Origin: the human T2T-CHM13v2.0 reference genome, Homo sapiens | Length of the DNA: 64,000 nt | Strand: one strand, 5' to 3' | Assembly (NCBI RefSeq): GCF_009914755.1 | Contig: NC_060937.1 | In this document: positions 27,077 through 46,705 of the stretch, piece after piece | How the letters are laid out: each line of letters begins with the position of its first letter | How positions within the stretch are numbered: the stretch's first letter is position 1 | Position numbers and translations under genes: made by a program | Notes under the pieces: model-generated | What the model was told of the DNA's origin: nothing | Database searches by the model: none | What the model saw: the letters and a program-made list of their open reading frames with translations, nothing else

Positions 27077-27343
27077 GGCCAGGCATGGTGGCCCCTGCCT
27101 GTAACTGCAGCACTTTGGGAGATTGTGACTTGAGGCCAGGAGTTCAAGGCCTGTCTGGGCAACATACAGATCTTGTCTCCAAAAGAATAGAAAATTAGTT
27201 AGGCGTAGTGGTGTATGTCTGTAGTCCCAGCTACTCAGGAAGCTGAGGCAGGAGGATCACCTGAGCCCAGAAATTTGAGGCTGCAGTGAGCTGATTGTGC
27301 CACTGCCCTCCAGCCTGGGTGGCAGAATGGGACACTGTCTCTG
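27077..27343 (+). mobile_element. AluJ-like element
   Basis: ggccaggcatggtgg...tgagcccagaaatttgaggctgcagtgagc. Confidence 0.85.
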
Positions 27344-27745
27344 ACAGGCTGCTAAACCTTCTCTTTTTTACAACCAGGATGGGATTGTTTCCACAGTAGA
27401 TTGGATCTTATTTTCAAAAGATGTCCAATAGGTAAAAGCTCAATCAGAACCCTGAGAGGTCTATTTTAGAGGAACAGTCTCTGCTATGTTTACTACTGGG
27501 GTGTTAAACTCCACCATGGTTCACAGAGCAGAACGCTTGCAAGTAAATACTTAACACAGTTTTTCCTCCTTTTAACAAATATCCATTGAGTGTCCAGCAT
27601 GGTTCTGGGTGTTAGATATGGAGTGGCAAAAAAACCCCATAAATTCTTGGTCAGGAAGTGGGCATTCTCATGAGGTGACAGACTACACACATAAGTAAAT
27701 AAATAAGCAAATTCTGTCCAGTTAGCTCTAAGTGCTATAGGGGTG

Positions 27746-28063
27746 CAAAGCGGTCCTCCCTCAGCTAAGGTTTTGCTTTTGCGGCTTCAGTTACCTGCGG
27801 TCAACTGTGGTCTGAAAATTAAGTATCACGCAATAAGATATTTTCAGAGACCACATTTACATAACTTTTATTACAGGGTATTTTTATATTATTTGATTGT
27901 ATTATTAATTTTTATTGTTAATCTCTTGCGTGTGCCTAATTTAACCCTTATCATGGGTATGAAGGTACAGGAAAAAACAGCATAGAAAAGGTTCGATACT
28001 CTCATTTCAGGCATCCACTGAAGATCTGGGAACATATTTAAACCAGATGAGGTGGGGACTACT
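27746..28063. mobile_element. Tigger4/MER46-type DNA transposon
   Basis: ttcagttacctgcggtcaactgtggtctgaaaat...ggggactactg terminal repeat. Confidence 0.7.
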
Positions 28064-28152
28064 GCATAGGAGCCAGGGCAGAGATGGAGTGGAATGTGGG
28101 GAAGCTATTCTGGGTAGCATTTGATGAAGTAAATGAATGTTGACAGATTCAG

Positions 28153-28276
28153 CCACAGATGCCACAGGACTCAAGATCTCCAGCATCATGCCTCTGTGCT
28201 TCCTCAGGGCTATGTCCAGTAGTGCCCACTCCTCCCTGGTGATGTTCACAACCAGATCCTTGAAGGGCACCGACTT
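28153..28276 (-). pseudogene. KRAB-A exon (124 bp)
   Basis: KSVPFKDLVVNITREEWALLDIALRKHRGMMLEILSPVASV. One codon shorter than the canonical 127 bp. The acceptor reads AA and the donor reads CT, so both are dead. Confidence 0.9.
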
Positions 28277-28384
28277 TTTGAAGGACACCGTGGTTCAGAC
28301 TGTGCTACTCCCCAACAGCATCGACAGGCTGCACAGTCAAGGATGACATCCCTGAGAAAGCATGTATGAAAAGCTCAAACTGAC

Positions 28385-28665
<281 letters not shown>

Positions 28666-29120
28666 GGACAGCAACAGGGACAGGGAGAGGCAAGAGGGAG
28701 AGGAGGAAAAAAATAAAAGGAAAGAGACAAGAGGAGATGAGATGAGAAGAGAAAATGTCAAACCCCGTTCAGAGACCGGGCCGTGGTTTGGTTCCTCTGG
28801 GCTGACTCGGCAGAGGTCTTTTCGATACATCCAGAGATACACTCTTATAAGTAACAACTTATTATAAGGTCATGCCACAGGAGGTGCAGTGTGCAATAAC
28901 CTGGCAACTCCACAATAAAGTACCAATTCTACTTCAGAGTGATCATAAAACTTGTACTAGGAAATTTATAAATAAATTCTACTCCCCTCCAGTGTTAATG
29001 AAATCTACAGGCTAATCGATAGAAGGAACACCCATGTTCTGCCACTTATCCACTGTGGTGATGGGCAAATTATCCCGATATGAATCTCTCAATTCTCATC
29101 AGTGAAATGGTTTAACAACT

Positions 29121-30534
<1,414 letters not shown>

Positions 30535-30853
30535 CCAGCCTGGGTCACAAAGTAAGACCCTGTCTCAAAAACACAAAAATGTTCAGTGAGTTGGAGGTCC
30601 CAGTGAAGCGAGAGCAGTTAAGTGATTATACTCTAAGGACATGAGGTGAGGGTCAGAGAAGAGCATGTCTGCATCAGTGATTTCAGAAGTGGGATAATTC
30701 TTGAGGAATGAAAGGGACTTGAATGTAGGTGATGAATTTTGGTGACAAAACACAAACTATGCATATAACAAAGAGGAATTTTGCTCCGAATATATGAGAA
30801 AAACTTCACAATAACTCAAAGAAAAGACTTTATGTTTTCACTACAAGGAAATG

Positions 30854-35961
<5,108 letters not shown>

Positions 35962-37052
35962 GAACTATGTTTATGGTTCCCACTAAGAGTAAGGCATAAA
36001 ACCACAGTGGCACAGGGATCAAGAGGTTACTACGAACAGTAAAGCTGTGCTCTGAAGCACCGCCTGCAGGTAGGATCCTGTCTAGAGAGCCAGGAGGAAG
36101 GGAGGCCACTGGTCAGCATTCTGGGCTATTTTTGGCTGCCTCCCACCTGCCCCTCCTTTTGGCCCAAGTTCTAGTCCCACTTGCTTTGTCACCCACTGCC
36201 TGTTTATGGCAGCTTCCTCTCCGGTCTTCAGTGTCCTCATTGAGCCAATGAATACAGCATCGCTCCTCTAATCACATATATTCATGCAGCAGTATAAATG
36301 ATGTGAAAGTGCTTTGAAAATCATAGTAAGTGAAAGACTGGGGCACTGACTTCTTCCCATTTTCCCAAGTCCTGCTTCAGAACCACTCTCCTAGGCCCCC
36401 AGCCCCTAACTCCATCTTGGCCCTTTGATCAAACTTTGCCTACTGAGGGGCATAACTACACGGTATCCCCAGAAAAGGGACAAATATTACAGGCCTTATT
36501 TCTTCTCTTTGCCATTTCCCATGATCACTCTTACATCTAGAAACTGGGACCCTTTCTCTGGTTGGTGGGGCCCTCTCCCTAGACCAAAAGACAGGGGCAC
36601 ACAGGCATCATAATGGGCATTCAAACATGGTATGATGCAAGGGGTGGGCATGTTATAAATGCTGGGGTAGGTCTGGGCACCTCCCAGTTCCTCATCTGGA
36701 CTCACTGGGAGAAGTGATTCACTAGAATTCTCATTGGAAGAAATGACAGGAAAGCTCCCTCCAATATCTCAATTTCCACCCCACTCAGTACCTGGTTTTA
36801 TGATTCCACACCCTCCTAATCCATCCTGCCCTCCTAACACATCCCACTCTCGTAAGCCATCCCACTCTCGTGCCCGCGAATCCCTCCCTCTTCTTCCATC
36901 TGCCAAGCCCCTTCCTCCTCTCCAGAAGTACGTGGATTTTTCAGTTTTCTGCCCTAACTGTTATCCCACTGTGGCTCATACCTGCCCTCCCCACTACCCT
37001 ACCCTAATACTCTACCTGCACTGCTCTTCTGCTATTCATTACAAACCATCCA

Positions 37053-37360
37053 TTTGTCAATGCTCTAGTCCCAGAACTCTTTCTGGTAACTCCCTTATCG
37101 ATCACCCTAGCCCTCCTTCTAGCCCTACTGGTCAACGCTTGGGTCCCAGAACTCTTCCCTGTGATTCCCTTATCCGTTCTCCTGTTCCTCCTCCTAGCCC
37201 TCCTTGCCAACGCTCTGGTCCCAGAACTCTTTTCTGTGACTACCCTGTCTGTCCCCCTACTCCTCCTCCCAGCCCTACTTGCAAATGCTGTCGTCCCAGA
37301 GCTGTTTCCTGGGACTCCTCTACCTATGCCTCTACCCCTCCTCCTTAGCCCTACTTCTTT
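37053..37360. repeat. 75-bp tandem repeat, about 4 copies
   Basis: Landmark gtcccaga at 37068, 37143, 37218 and 37293 (exact 75-bp spacing). Confidence 0.9.
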
Positions 37361-38259
37361 CTAGTACCCTGTACTCTAGTCCCCAGCCCCCAGCCCTGCC
37401 ATCCCCAACCAGACCTTATGGTTCACAAGTCTCATCTTGGAGATGGTTTCCCTGCTCCCGGGGCAGTTCTGGAACAGTTCAGGATGGCCAGGACTGTGGA
37501 TTCCCAGCAGTCTGACCTCGTGGACAAAGGAAATGCAAGACGATGGCAAACCAGCATTCAGCCTCAGTAAGTCACAAGAGCCCTTTTCCATGGCCAGGTC
37601 CTGGTCACCCTACTGTCACCTGTATTTTGCCTTTATTCCCATCCTGTTAATCCTCTTCAGAGAACAGAGATACCTCTAACAATTTTCTCTCTCTAAACAG
37701 TCTGCTCCTTTCCTCCCCTGCCTCATCAGCCAGCCTGCATGAGCCTCTACATTTGTTCCTGGCTTCTCCATGGAACTCGGTCTACAGCCACAAAGCAAAC
37801 CACAGGGCCAGTGACAGAGAAGGCAGAGGGGAGTGTGGAGTGGGAAGCACCTAACCTGTTCTCAAGGAGGGTAAGTCCTGCCCTGGGTTCAAGTGAGTGC
37901 AAGAACAATGACTCCTTGAGAGCTCACAGGGCACAAGGCCCCCGCTACCGGTGGAAACTCAGTTATGGTTTTGTTTATGTTTTTGCTGCCTGGCTTATCC
38001 CAGAATTTATTTGTATTCACCCTAGGATTCTAGAACCATGGTAGGGACATTCTGTCTTTGAGAAATGTCTCCTGCAGTAGGGGGTGGGGCCCTCCACTGT
38101 GCTCTTATCACAGCACTAAGGGCTGAGCCTCTTTCATCAGCTGCTGCTACCTCACAATGGGGAGGGAAGCAGAGTCTGAAAGCAAGAGCACGTCCGGATC
38201 CCACTCAGGTGCCTGCAGCACATGAACTGATGATGCTTAAAAAAGGCCCTTCTTCCATT

Positions 38260-39660
38260 CGGTTATCTAGATTCAACATCTAGAATCTCAATCAAAATTC
38301 CACTATATTTTTGAGAACTTGACAACTGAAATTTATATGGAAATGCAAAAAGTCAAGGTTAGCCAACACTCTCCTAAAAAGACATTTTTCCCTACCAGAT
38401 AATCAGAACTTATGAAAATTATAGTAATTAAGATAGCATAGGAGTGGTAAAAGCATAGACAAGTAGACAAATGGCACAGAATTGAGACCAGAAAGAGACT
38501 CACACACATGTGGACACTTTCTTTAAGACTCCTGCAGCCGACAGAACAGTGGGGACAGGACTGTCTTTTCAAGCAATTGGTGCTGGGTCAGTTGGATACT
38601 CATTTGGAAAAAAAAAAAAATCAAGTGAGATTCCCACTTCACACTACACTCAAAAATCAGTTAGGTAGAACACAGGTCTAATATGAAACAGTAAAAGCAA
38701 TAAATATTCCACTATTGCTCTGCCCATGCATGGTTACTGAACACTTGAGATGTGCCAATAAGCGGAAAACTTGCATTGGAATGTTAAACAGCAGGAAAAA
38801 CCAATGCTACATATCTCAATACTTTTTATATTCAAAGTTTGAAATTATAACAATTTGTATATACTGAGTTAAATAAAACATTATTAAACTTAGCTTTATT
38901 GGATTCCCTTTTCTCTCTCAATATGGATACTAGATAATACTTAGTCTAGATAATATGTGTCTCACTTCATAATTTTTCTTAGACGGCAGTGATCTAGAAG
39001 GTAACACAGAAATACATCTTCAGGACATCAAATTAGGAAAAGATGTCATGAATGGCATTTATGAAACAATAACCATAAAGGGAAAGACTAATACATTAGA
39101 CCGCACTTAAATTTTTGGTCTCAAAAAGACAGCATTAAGAGACTAAAAAGGCAAGCCACAAAGAGAGAAAAGATGTAGCACACACAATTCCCAAAATAAT
39201 AAACTCCAACAAACTAATAGAGAATAGACACCCAATCAATAGTAAATCACATTCAACACTGTCTCCCAGACACCCAAACGCATCCTGAAGCACCCTGTGT
39301 CCCAAATGAATGAATGAACACATGGTGGGGAAGAGCACAGGCTTTACAGTCAGTGTTTAGGTGCTCGCTAAATCCAGGGGGTGGCTAATTTCTCAATGCT
39401 AGGCATACTTTTGGTTCTTTTAAAGTAAACTGTATTACATTAAGCATCTAGAAGAGTCATTCATAGGAACAAAAGGTAAAATGGTGGCTGCCAGGAGCTG
39501 GAGAGACAGGGAAATGGAGAGTTGTTCAACGTGTGTGAAAGAAAACGTTCTGGAGACCGGTTTCACACAACGTGAATATACTTAACACTATTGTACTATA
39601 TACTTAAGAATGCCTAAGAAGGTACATTTTATGTGTAGTTTACAACAAACATTCAAAAAA
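38260..39660 (+). mobile_element. Ancient L1M fragments with a nested DNA-transposon remnant
   Basis: gacaactgaaatttatatggaaatgcaaa, agacaaatggcacagaattgagacca, and a 3'UTR-like aatggtggctgccaggagctgg. Confidence 0.6.
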
Positions 39661-40209
39661 CTCTAAAGTCACTATGTTACTTAGAATGGGAGAGAGCTAT
39701 TCCATCTACATTATCACATTGGTGATATCTGCCACATAGGCCAGAATCTTCTCTGATATAGAAAACCTCCAGTTTTCTGAGATACACACAGAGTTTGGAT
39801 TCTGGACATCTGCTTTTAAGTGGGGAGAGGCTTCTGACCCCTTACAAAATCTCTTTTAGGGAATGATTGGCCAAGATGAGTTTCAATCGTATGTCCACTA
39901 CCTCCTGGCCTGCCACTTGGCTGTGAGTCCTTTCTGGGCGGTGTCCAGGGGCGGTTCCAGTGATCAGGCAGGTGCTGAGAAGCACAGGCAGGTGAGTTAA
40001 GCACTGGAAGAAGGTGGGTGTGAAATAAGATCCTGAGAGGTGGGAGGGGACTGGGCAGGGTGGGTGACAGTAGGGGAATGGGTGACAACACCAAAATCTA
40101 CTCCAGCAGGATGAGGGGATACTTGCCAGGAGACGGCATGGGATGCCATTGCCTAGAGTTGGCAGAAGGACCAGGAGCAGGCAGGCAGCGAGAGAACACC
40201 CAGAGTGCT

Positions 40210-40697
40210 CCTGATCGGACCAAGCTGCATGGAGGCCACAATGGGACACCTGAGGGAAAAGGTGACCCCAGATGAGGTCCATCGGAACCAGATATTGTGG
40301 GAACTGTCAAACCAGACCAAGAAGTATGGAGGCCACAGAGGGACACCCCAGGGAGGTGACCCTGGATGAGGTTCATCAGAACTAGATCTTGTGAGAACTA
40401 CCTGACCAGACCAAGCAGCACAGAGGCCACGGTGAGACACCTGAGGGAGAAGGCGAACCCAGATAAGGCTCATCGGGTTCCGATCTTGTGAGAACTGCAG
40501 AAGGCGACCACAGATGAGGCTCATCAGAACTAGATCTTGTGAGAACTGCCTGAGCAGACCAAGCAGCACAGAGGCCACAGTGAGACACATGAGGGAGAAG
40601 GTGAACCCAGATGAGGCTCATCAGGAACAGATCTTGTGGGAACCAGAGAGGACAACCCCGGATGAGGTCCATCAGAACCAGATCTTGTGGGAACTGC
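40210..40697. repeat. ~97-bp tandem repeat (about 48-bp halves), about 5 copies, satellite-like
   Basis: gaggccac at 40232, 40329, 40423 and 40571. Recurring gatgaggctcatcagaactagatcttgtgagaactg. Confidence 0.85.
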
Positions 40698-41454
40698 ACT
40701 TCAAAGTGCTACAGACCCACAAACACTACATGCAGCATCACATGAATGCCCTCTGCAAGGGTGAGGGGCCTGGCAGGATGGAGGAAATACCAGAGAGGGG
40801 GGATGCGCCCTGAAAAAAAGGAGAGCCCTGGGGACTGCGGAAGGTGGAGTGTGCGTCTCATTAAAGGAGAAGATACCTTCTCACACCCTACCTCCTTTTA
40901 TAGACTTTAGGAGCAATGTCTTTGGAGGGGGCCTCACCTACATCACATCAGATGCATTAAATATATTAAAAAGCATTCACATCTCATGAAACATTTTCAC
41001 TGTAGAAATGAGAGGTTGAGTAGCATTTTCTAATTTTGCTTTTGAAATATAACTGTATTTTGCAGGATTGTTGTGTTATGGTTTTGTTGGTATTTTGGTT
41101 TCTTTCTAACAAGCTGAAGGTTTCTACTCAGGCTTCTGATCTCATACACCTTTGGAAAGCTCAGGGTTGTAGAAGCCTCTGGGCCCATGGTGTTCCCCTG
41201 ATGAGGCAGCCCTGTCCTCCTTTCTCATCACTGCACGTGCTCCATGGGCGGTCATATCTGGGCCTGTCACATCAGCTCCTTAAATGAAGCTTCAGAACCA
41301 CGCACAAAACCACCTCCCATATCCCTTCCCTGGACAATCCACAGGCACCTCACATGCACTAGGTGGAAAGCCAGGTTACCCTGTACCTTCTTCCGCACCC
41401 TCTGCTACTCTAGAAGGTCTTATGTCTCAGCACAAGGCACCACAGTCATCCTCT

Positions 41455-42461
41455 TGTGGGCAGCAAGCCACCCAGGTGCCGAGGCAAGAGACCGAGGGCA
41501 CGAGCTGTTCCAGTATAATAAAGAAAATATATAAAATAAGAATAGGTATACTAGATGTAGATCATAGATATGATTATATGTGAGTATCATTAATGATTAG
41601 TTTGTAAAAATTAGTCTTTATTCCAATATTATAACAATCTTCACTCTACAATCATAACCTAGGAAAAACCAGGCCATACAGAGATAGGAGCTGAAGGGAC
41701 ATGGTTAGAAGTGACCAGAAGACAAGAGCGTGAGCCTTCTGTTATGCCCAGACGGGGCCATCAGAGGGATCCTTGGTCTAGCAGTAACGTCAGCGTCTGG
41801 GAAGGTGCCCATTACCTAGCAGACTGTGATCTAGCGGTAGCATCAGTGCCAAGGAAAAGCACCCACTACTTAGCAGACCGGGAAAGGGAGTCTCCCTTTC
41901 CCTGGAGGAGTTAGAGAAGACTCTGCTCCACCACCTCTTGTGGAGGGCTTGACATCAGTCAGGCCCACCCACAGTTATCCGGAGGCCTAACCGTCTCCCT
42001 GTGATGCTGTGCTTCAGCGGTCCTCCCGTTTCACTTTCATGTTCCACTCCATACACCTGGCTCTGCTCTATAGATAGCAGTAGCAAAATTAGTGAAAGTA
42101 TTAAAGTCTTTGATCTTTCTGAGAAGAGCATAAAGAAATAATGACGTAAGCTGTCCTCTCTCTCCGCCTCAGCTACCTAATAGGGAAGGGCCCCCTGTCC
42201 AGTGGACACGTGATTCACATGACCTTATCAATCATTGGACATGGCTCACACTCTTTACCCTGCCCCTTTTACTTTGAATCCAATAAATATCAGCGCAGCC
42301 AGGCATTCGGGGCCACTACCGGTCTCCACATCTTGGTGGTAGTGGTCCCAGGCCCAGCTGTCTTTTCTTCTATCTCTTTGTCTTGTGTCTTTATTTCAAC
42401 AATCTCTCATCTCTGCACACAGGGAGAAAGACCCACAGACCCTGTAGGGCTATTCCCTACA
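41455..42461 (+). mobile_element. Solo LTR13 (HERV-K HML-4)
   Basis: 1007 bp, TGTGGGCAGCAAGCCACCCAGG...CCCTACA, with aataaa. Perfect 6-bp TSD tcctct. Confidence 0.85.
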
Positions 42462-42974
42462 TCCTCTCTCCCACATTAGAAGCCCAGGAGTCATCCCCAA
42501 GGTCTCTCCCTCACTCCACACATGCAGGAAGGCACAAGTCCTGTTGATTCCTTCACATTTCTCTCACCTGCTCCTCCCTCAGTGTAAGACTCCACTATGC
42601 ACGTGGAAGCATCTGCACCTCCATCCACATGGTTTCACATCATTTCACCCTAACCTGCCTCTCTCTCCATCCTCACTCCCAGAGCCTCAGCAAGGCCCTG
42701 CTCTCTCCTCCCTGGATTAGTCTGATGGGCTTTTCAACTATTCTCTTTCCCTCCTGCCCATCCCCTCCACCCCTGCTAGTTAGAGCTATGTTAGTAAGTC
42801 AACTAGATCACATCAATCCCCATGTAAGGTCTTTCCATGGCCCTCACAGCTCCTGAGCTTAAATCAATCAGCACACATGGCACCTTTAGGTCTGGCTCTG
42901 GTTTCTGCCTGGATTCACTCCATACTCTCCTCTACCTTTCCACTCACATCTCTGTTTATTTATCTAAATTATTT

Positions 42975-43217
42975 TTGAGATGAGGTGTCACTCTGTCACT
43001 CAGGCTGGATTGCAGTGGTGTGATCACAGCTCACTGCATCCTTGAACTCCTGCCCACCTAAGCCTCTGGAGTAGCTGGCACTATAGGCACACACCACCAA
43101 AACTGGCTATTTTTTTTCCCAACTCCATCTCCAACTCCTGGCCTCTAGCAGTCCTTCCACCTCAACTTCAGCCTCCCAAAGTGGTGGGATTACAGATGTG
43201 AGCCACTGCACTCAGCC
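42975..43217 (-). mobile_element. AluJ-like element
   Basis: tgagatgaggtgtcactctgtcactcaggctgg...gggattacagatgtgagccac. Confidence 0.8.
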
Positions 43218-43273
<56 letters not shown>

Positions 43274-43385
43274 GTATGCATGTATATATATGTATGTATG
43301 TGTACATATACATACACATACATACATATACACATACATACATACATATATACACATACATATATATATGTACATATATATATAT
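43218..43385. repeat. (TA)n(TG)n(CATA)n compound microsatellite
   Basis: Direct reading. Confidence 0.95.
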
Positions 43386-44997
43386 TCCTTGCTTCTTGCT
43401 TTTGAGCTTTTGTTTAGTTAGTGTATAAAGTCTAGACTGGGTGTATAGTTCTGAATTTAAATGCATGCTCTATGACACTAGCTGTTCACTTCTTTTCTGA
43501 ACCTGCAGTTTTTCCATCTGAAAAATGGAAATAACAACCCACCACTCCGTGAGTCTTTTAAGAATTGAAGATTTGCTTAAAGCATGTAGCTCAGAGGAGG
43601 TATACAATAAGTAATGTCTATCATCGCCCTACTAGTCATTACCTAATGATCATGAGCATTCACTTGTTCTTCTCGCCAGGTAAGTTAATTTCATCAATGT
43701 ATTTCCTTACTGCCTACTCCCCATGCCTCTGTTTATCGGTGTCATCTCACATCACACAGCAGCTCTGTGATGGTGCTGGCCAATCTTGAGTGTGTATTCA
43801 CATCTGCGTCCTTAGCACTCCATGGCACTAGCTCTACAGCTATCTCTACAGCCTATAACTAATCCAGAAAAAGACCAGCGGGAGTGCCTGGATCTACCAG
43901 GTACACTCTGACATCTACCTGAATTCTCCACTTTAGAATGTTTCACATGATTCTTACCTGGTATATTCCAACAGGCATTTTCTCCAAATTGTCCCTTCTT
44001 CTTGCCTTTTAAAATCAGCTTGGTTAGAACAGACATCCAGGCATTATTAGGCCCATGGGACCGAGGAGATGACTGACACAAAATTGCTGGTGAAGATGGA
44101 GCTGACTAGACAGGATTAGAAAACTTTGTCTAGCAGAAAGTGGCTATTGCTTTAGTAGTTTTAAAACTTGCCAAACTCACATGAACAGGGTATTAGACTT
44201 AAATTGTTTGATCATGATACAATGTGTATGTGTATCAAAACATCAAACTGTACCTCATCAAGTATATAGAATTATAATGTTTTCATTAAATAATTAAAAA
44301 GTATCTTTCAATTAGTTTGGAGAACTGAGTGACATTATAAAAAATTAAAAATTTGCAGACAAATTTTAACTTAACTGGCATATGGGATTTAAAACTGAGT
44401 GCCGTAACTTAGGAAGCAGGAAAATAAATTCTTCCTACATGTAACTATGAGGTATCTTTTCCAGTCATTACGACCATTCAAGAGCAGTGAAATAAACTCA
44501 TTTTAGAGCCACACATTCAAAGTCTTATAATAATTATTGAACAAAGTTTTCAAACTTAATAAACCAGACTTAAACATAGTTTCACCTGAAAAAGTAAATT
44601 ATATGCTTTCCTGATTCAATATATTAAAAGGCAAATTCACTGACCACAGGGTCTTTAAAAAGCAACAACATTCTGAGAATGTTGACATAGTGCTATGTTT
44701 TGGACATGAAGTGTCATTCAATAAATGATGCCAATATGTTTAAAAGAACCTCAAGTGTAAACTTTTTTAAAATCTCAATTCTAGAAGGAATTAACTTATG
44801 TGCATGTTTCTAAATACAAAGTAAGTTATTGCCAAGAAAATAATGACCAGGAAGCAGTAATAAAGAAAAGTGATTTATTTTAATTTTAGACTTATTTTAG
44901 GAATTTCTATCTAGCTTAGCTAATTATCTTCAAATCCCAAATACTATATTCTCAAATATCACACTAACACCAACTAAATCACAGAGCAAGTTTATGG

Positions 44998-45595
44998 TAT
45001 GAAATAATAAATCTTCACTAATCCAAAGGGAAAACAGCTGGGAACTGCATCAAGCAAACTTCCTCCCAATTTATTACTAAATAAGATGGCTACAAAGATA
45101 AGGAAGCTACATACCTCCCTCACCATTTGCCCTTAGGGAATTTCCTTGTGGGCAAAGGATGAACAGAACACAATGCCATCTCTCTGCTCACCTGAGACAA
45201 ATGCACATCTCATTGCTTCTTCTGCTCTATCATTTCACTAAGCCAGACTAAGGCATAAGTGAAGATTCTTCTACCCTCCTCTCACATGTAAATTGTGTAT
45301 TCAGAAAAAGGCTAATCAGAGACTCAAGAGAATGCAACCATTTGTCTTAATCTACTTATGACCTGGAAGCCCCCCGCCATGCTTTGAGTTGTCCCACCTT
45401 TCTGGACAAAACCAATGTCCATCTTAAACATATTGACTGATGTCTCACAACTCCCAACAATGTATAAAAGCAAGCTGTACCCCAGCCATCTTGGGAACAT
45501 GTCCTCAGGACCTCCATAGGCTGTATCACGTCCGTAACCTTGGCAAAATAAACTTTCCAAACATTGAGACCTGTCTCAGATATTTTGTATTCACA
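44998..45595 (+). mobile_element. MER4-family LTR (ERV1) in a USP24-derived intron
   Basis: tgacctggaagcccc...tcaggacctcc...ttggcaaaataaactt...ttgagacctgtctcagatatttt..ttcaca. The left end is approximate. Confidence 0.75.
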
Positions 45596-46580
45596 ATTGA
45601 AAAGAAACTTACAGAGAGAAGTCCTCAGCTTTCTGCTGTACAAAGCTGACTCGAGTCTTCTTTGGTGATCCCTGGCATTCTCATCAGACCCCCCTGGTGG
45701 AAGAGCATGCGGGCATTATATCATTGACATACACAGGTGTATGTGTTTGCTTTACAACACAGCATTAAGAAGTCTAATGAAAAAGGTTTTCTTGTCTTGA
45801 CAATCTAAAACAAAGGGTCCATGAATCCAGCAAGCAACTACTCTGTAAATGTGTTAAATGCAAAGTGTAAGTAAAATGAGGGTCTTTGTAGGTTACTGCT
45901 TAGAGTGGAAGGTAGGGGACCTCAGTTCTGGCAATAAAATCAAACCCTCATTTGGAGGTTGATATTAGGGTGAATTCTGGCAAGGATACTTTATTTAACC
46001 CTTAAAAATTAGCACTGAATGCATGACTACAGTGGCATAATACAGAACTCTAATATAGTGAATCTAATACAGGTAGAAATTTCTAAATGCCCCTAGAATA
46101 TCTCAAAATTATTTGCTAAGAAATGCTAAGATCTCTGCAAAATGGCTTTCAAATATCTAACTGTGGTTGGGTTTTTTGATGTACTTTCCCTGATACATTT
46201 TTTTTTGTCCTGGGAGTGGGGGGATTGGAGGTAAAGACTGCTTTGCCACACGAATGAAAATGGTGTTAAAAGTACAGGTGCTAAAAATATGTTCTCTAAT
46301 TAATTATGCTCCTATATAAGCGAAAAGGACATTTGAAAATTTTAGTGGACAACCACTGAAACTATTTTTAAGGTTAGATTTCTTTATTAGTGTCTCTTTG
46401 ATATTCATTTCATCCCCTTCCAGTATACCTCCCCTCCCCCACCTACTCATGGTTCTATAGCTACAGCAGCACTAGAAAAAGTCTATTCCATTTTTAATTT
46501 AAAGAATCCTACTTCCAATTTTGTAGAAAACTAAATTAAAAACCAAAACTAATGGAAACTATCCATTTGTATACCCTTAC

Positions 46581-46705
46581 CTTGATCATAAATTTTTGGT
46601 CTATATTCTTCACCAAAGCATTCACACTCCAGGATCTCATTATTTAGGTTGAATTCTTCTGTCATTGTGTCATCTACTTTATACCACTTTCCTTTTCCAC
46701 AACCC
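46581..46705 (-). pseudogene. USP24: USP24-derived exon (125 bp), open frame, intact AG/GT
   Basis: ctag|G GGT TGT GGA AAA GGA AAG TGG TAT AAA ... GAT CAA G|gtaagg. Confidence 0.9.

Larger units (their letters stand above)
25589..28276 (-). pseudogene. Unprocessed KRAB zinc-finger pseudogene, ZNF705/ZNF596-like, truncated before the first finger
   Basis: Four exons in the expected order and phases: KRAB-A, KRAB-B, an 83-bp spacer exon and the start of the finger exon. Confidence 0.85.

Noticed and set aside
36734-37348. 204-aa Pro-rich + strand ORF as a real gene
   Set aside because: It starts at TTG, and differences between repeat units fall largely at its first codon positions. It is more likely a shadow frame of the 75-bp repeat.
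40210-40697. CRISPR-like array
   Set aside because: The sequence between the motifs is itself repeated (no unique spacers), there are no cas genes, and the context is human.
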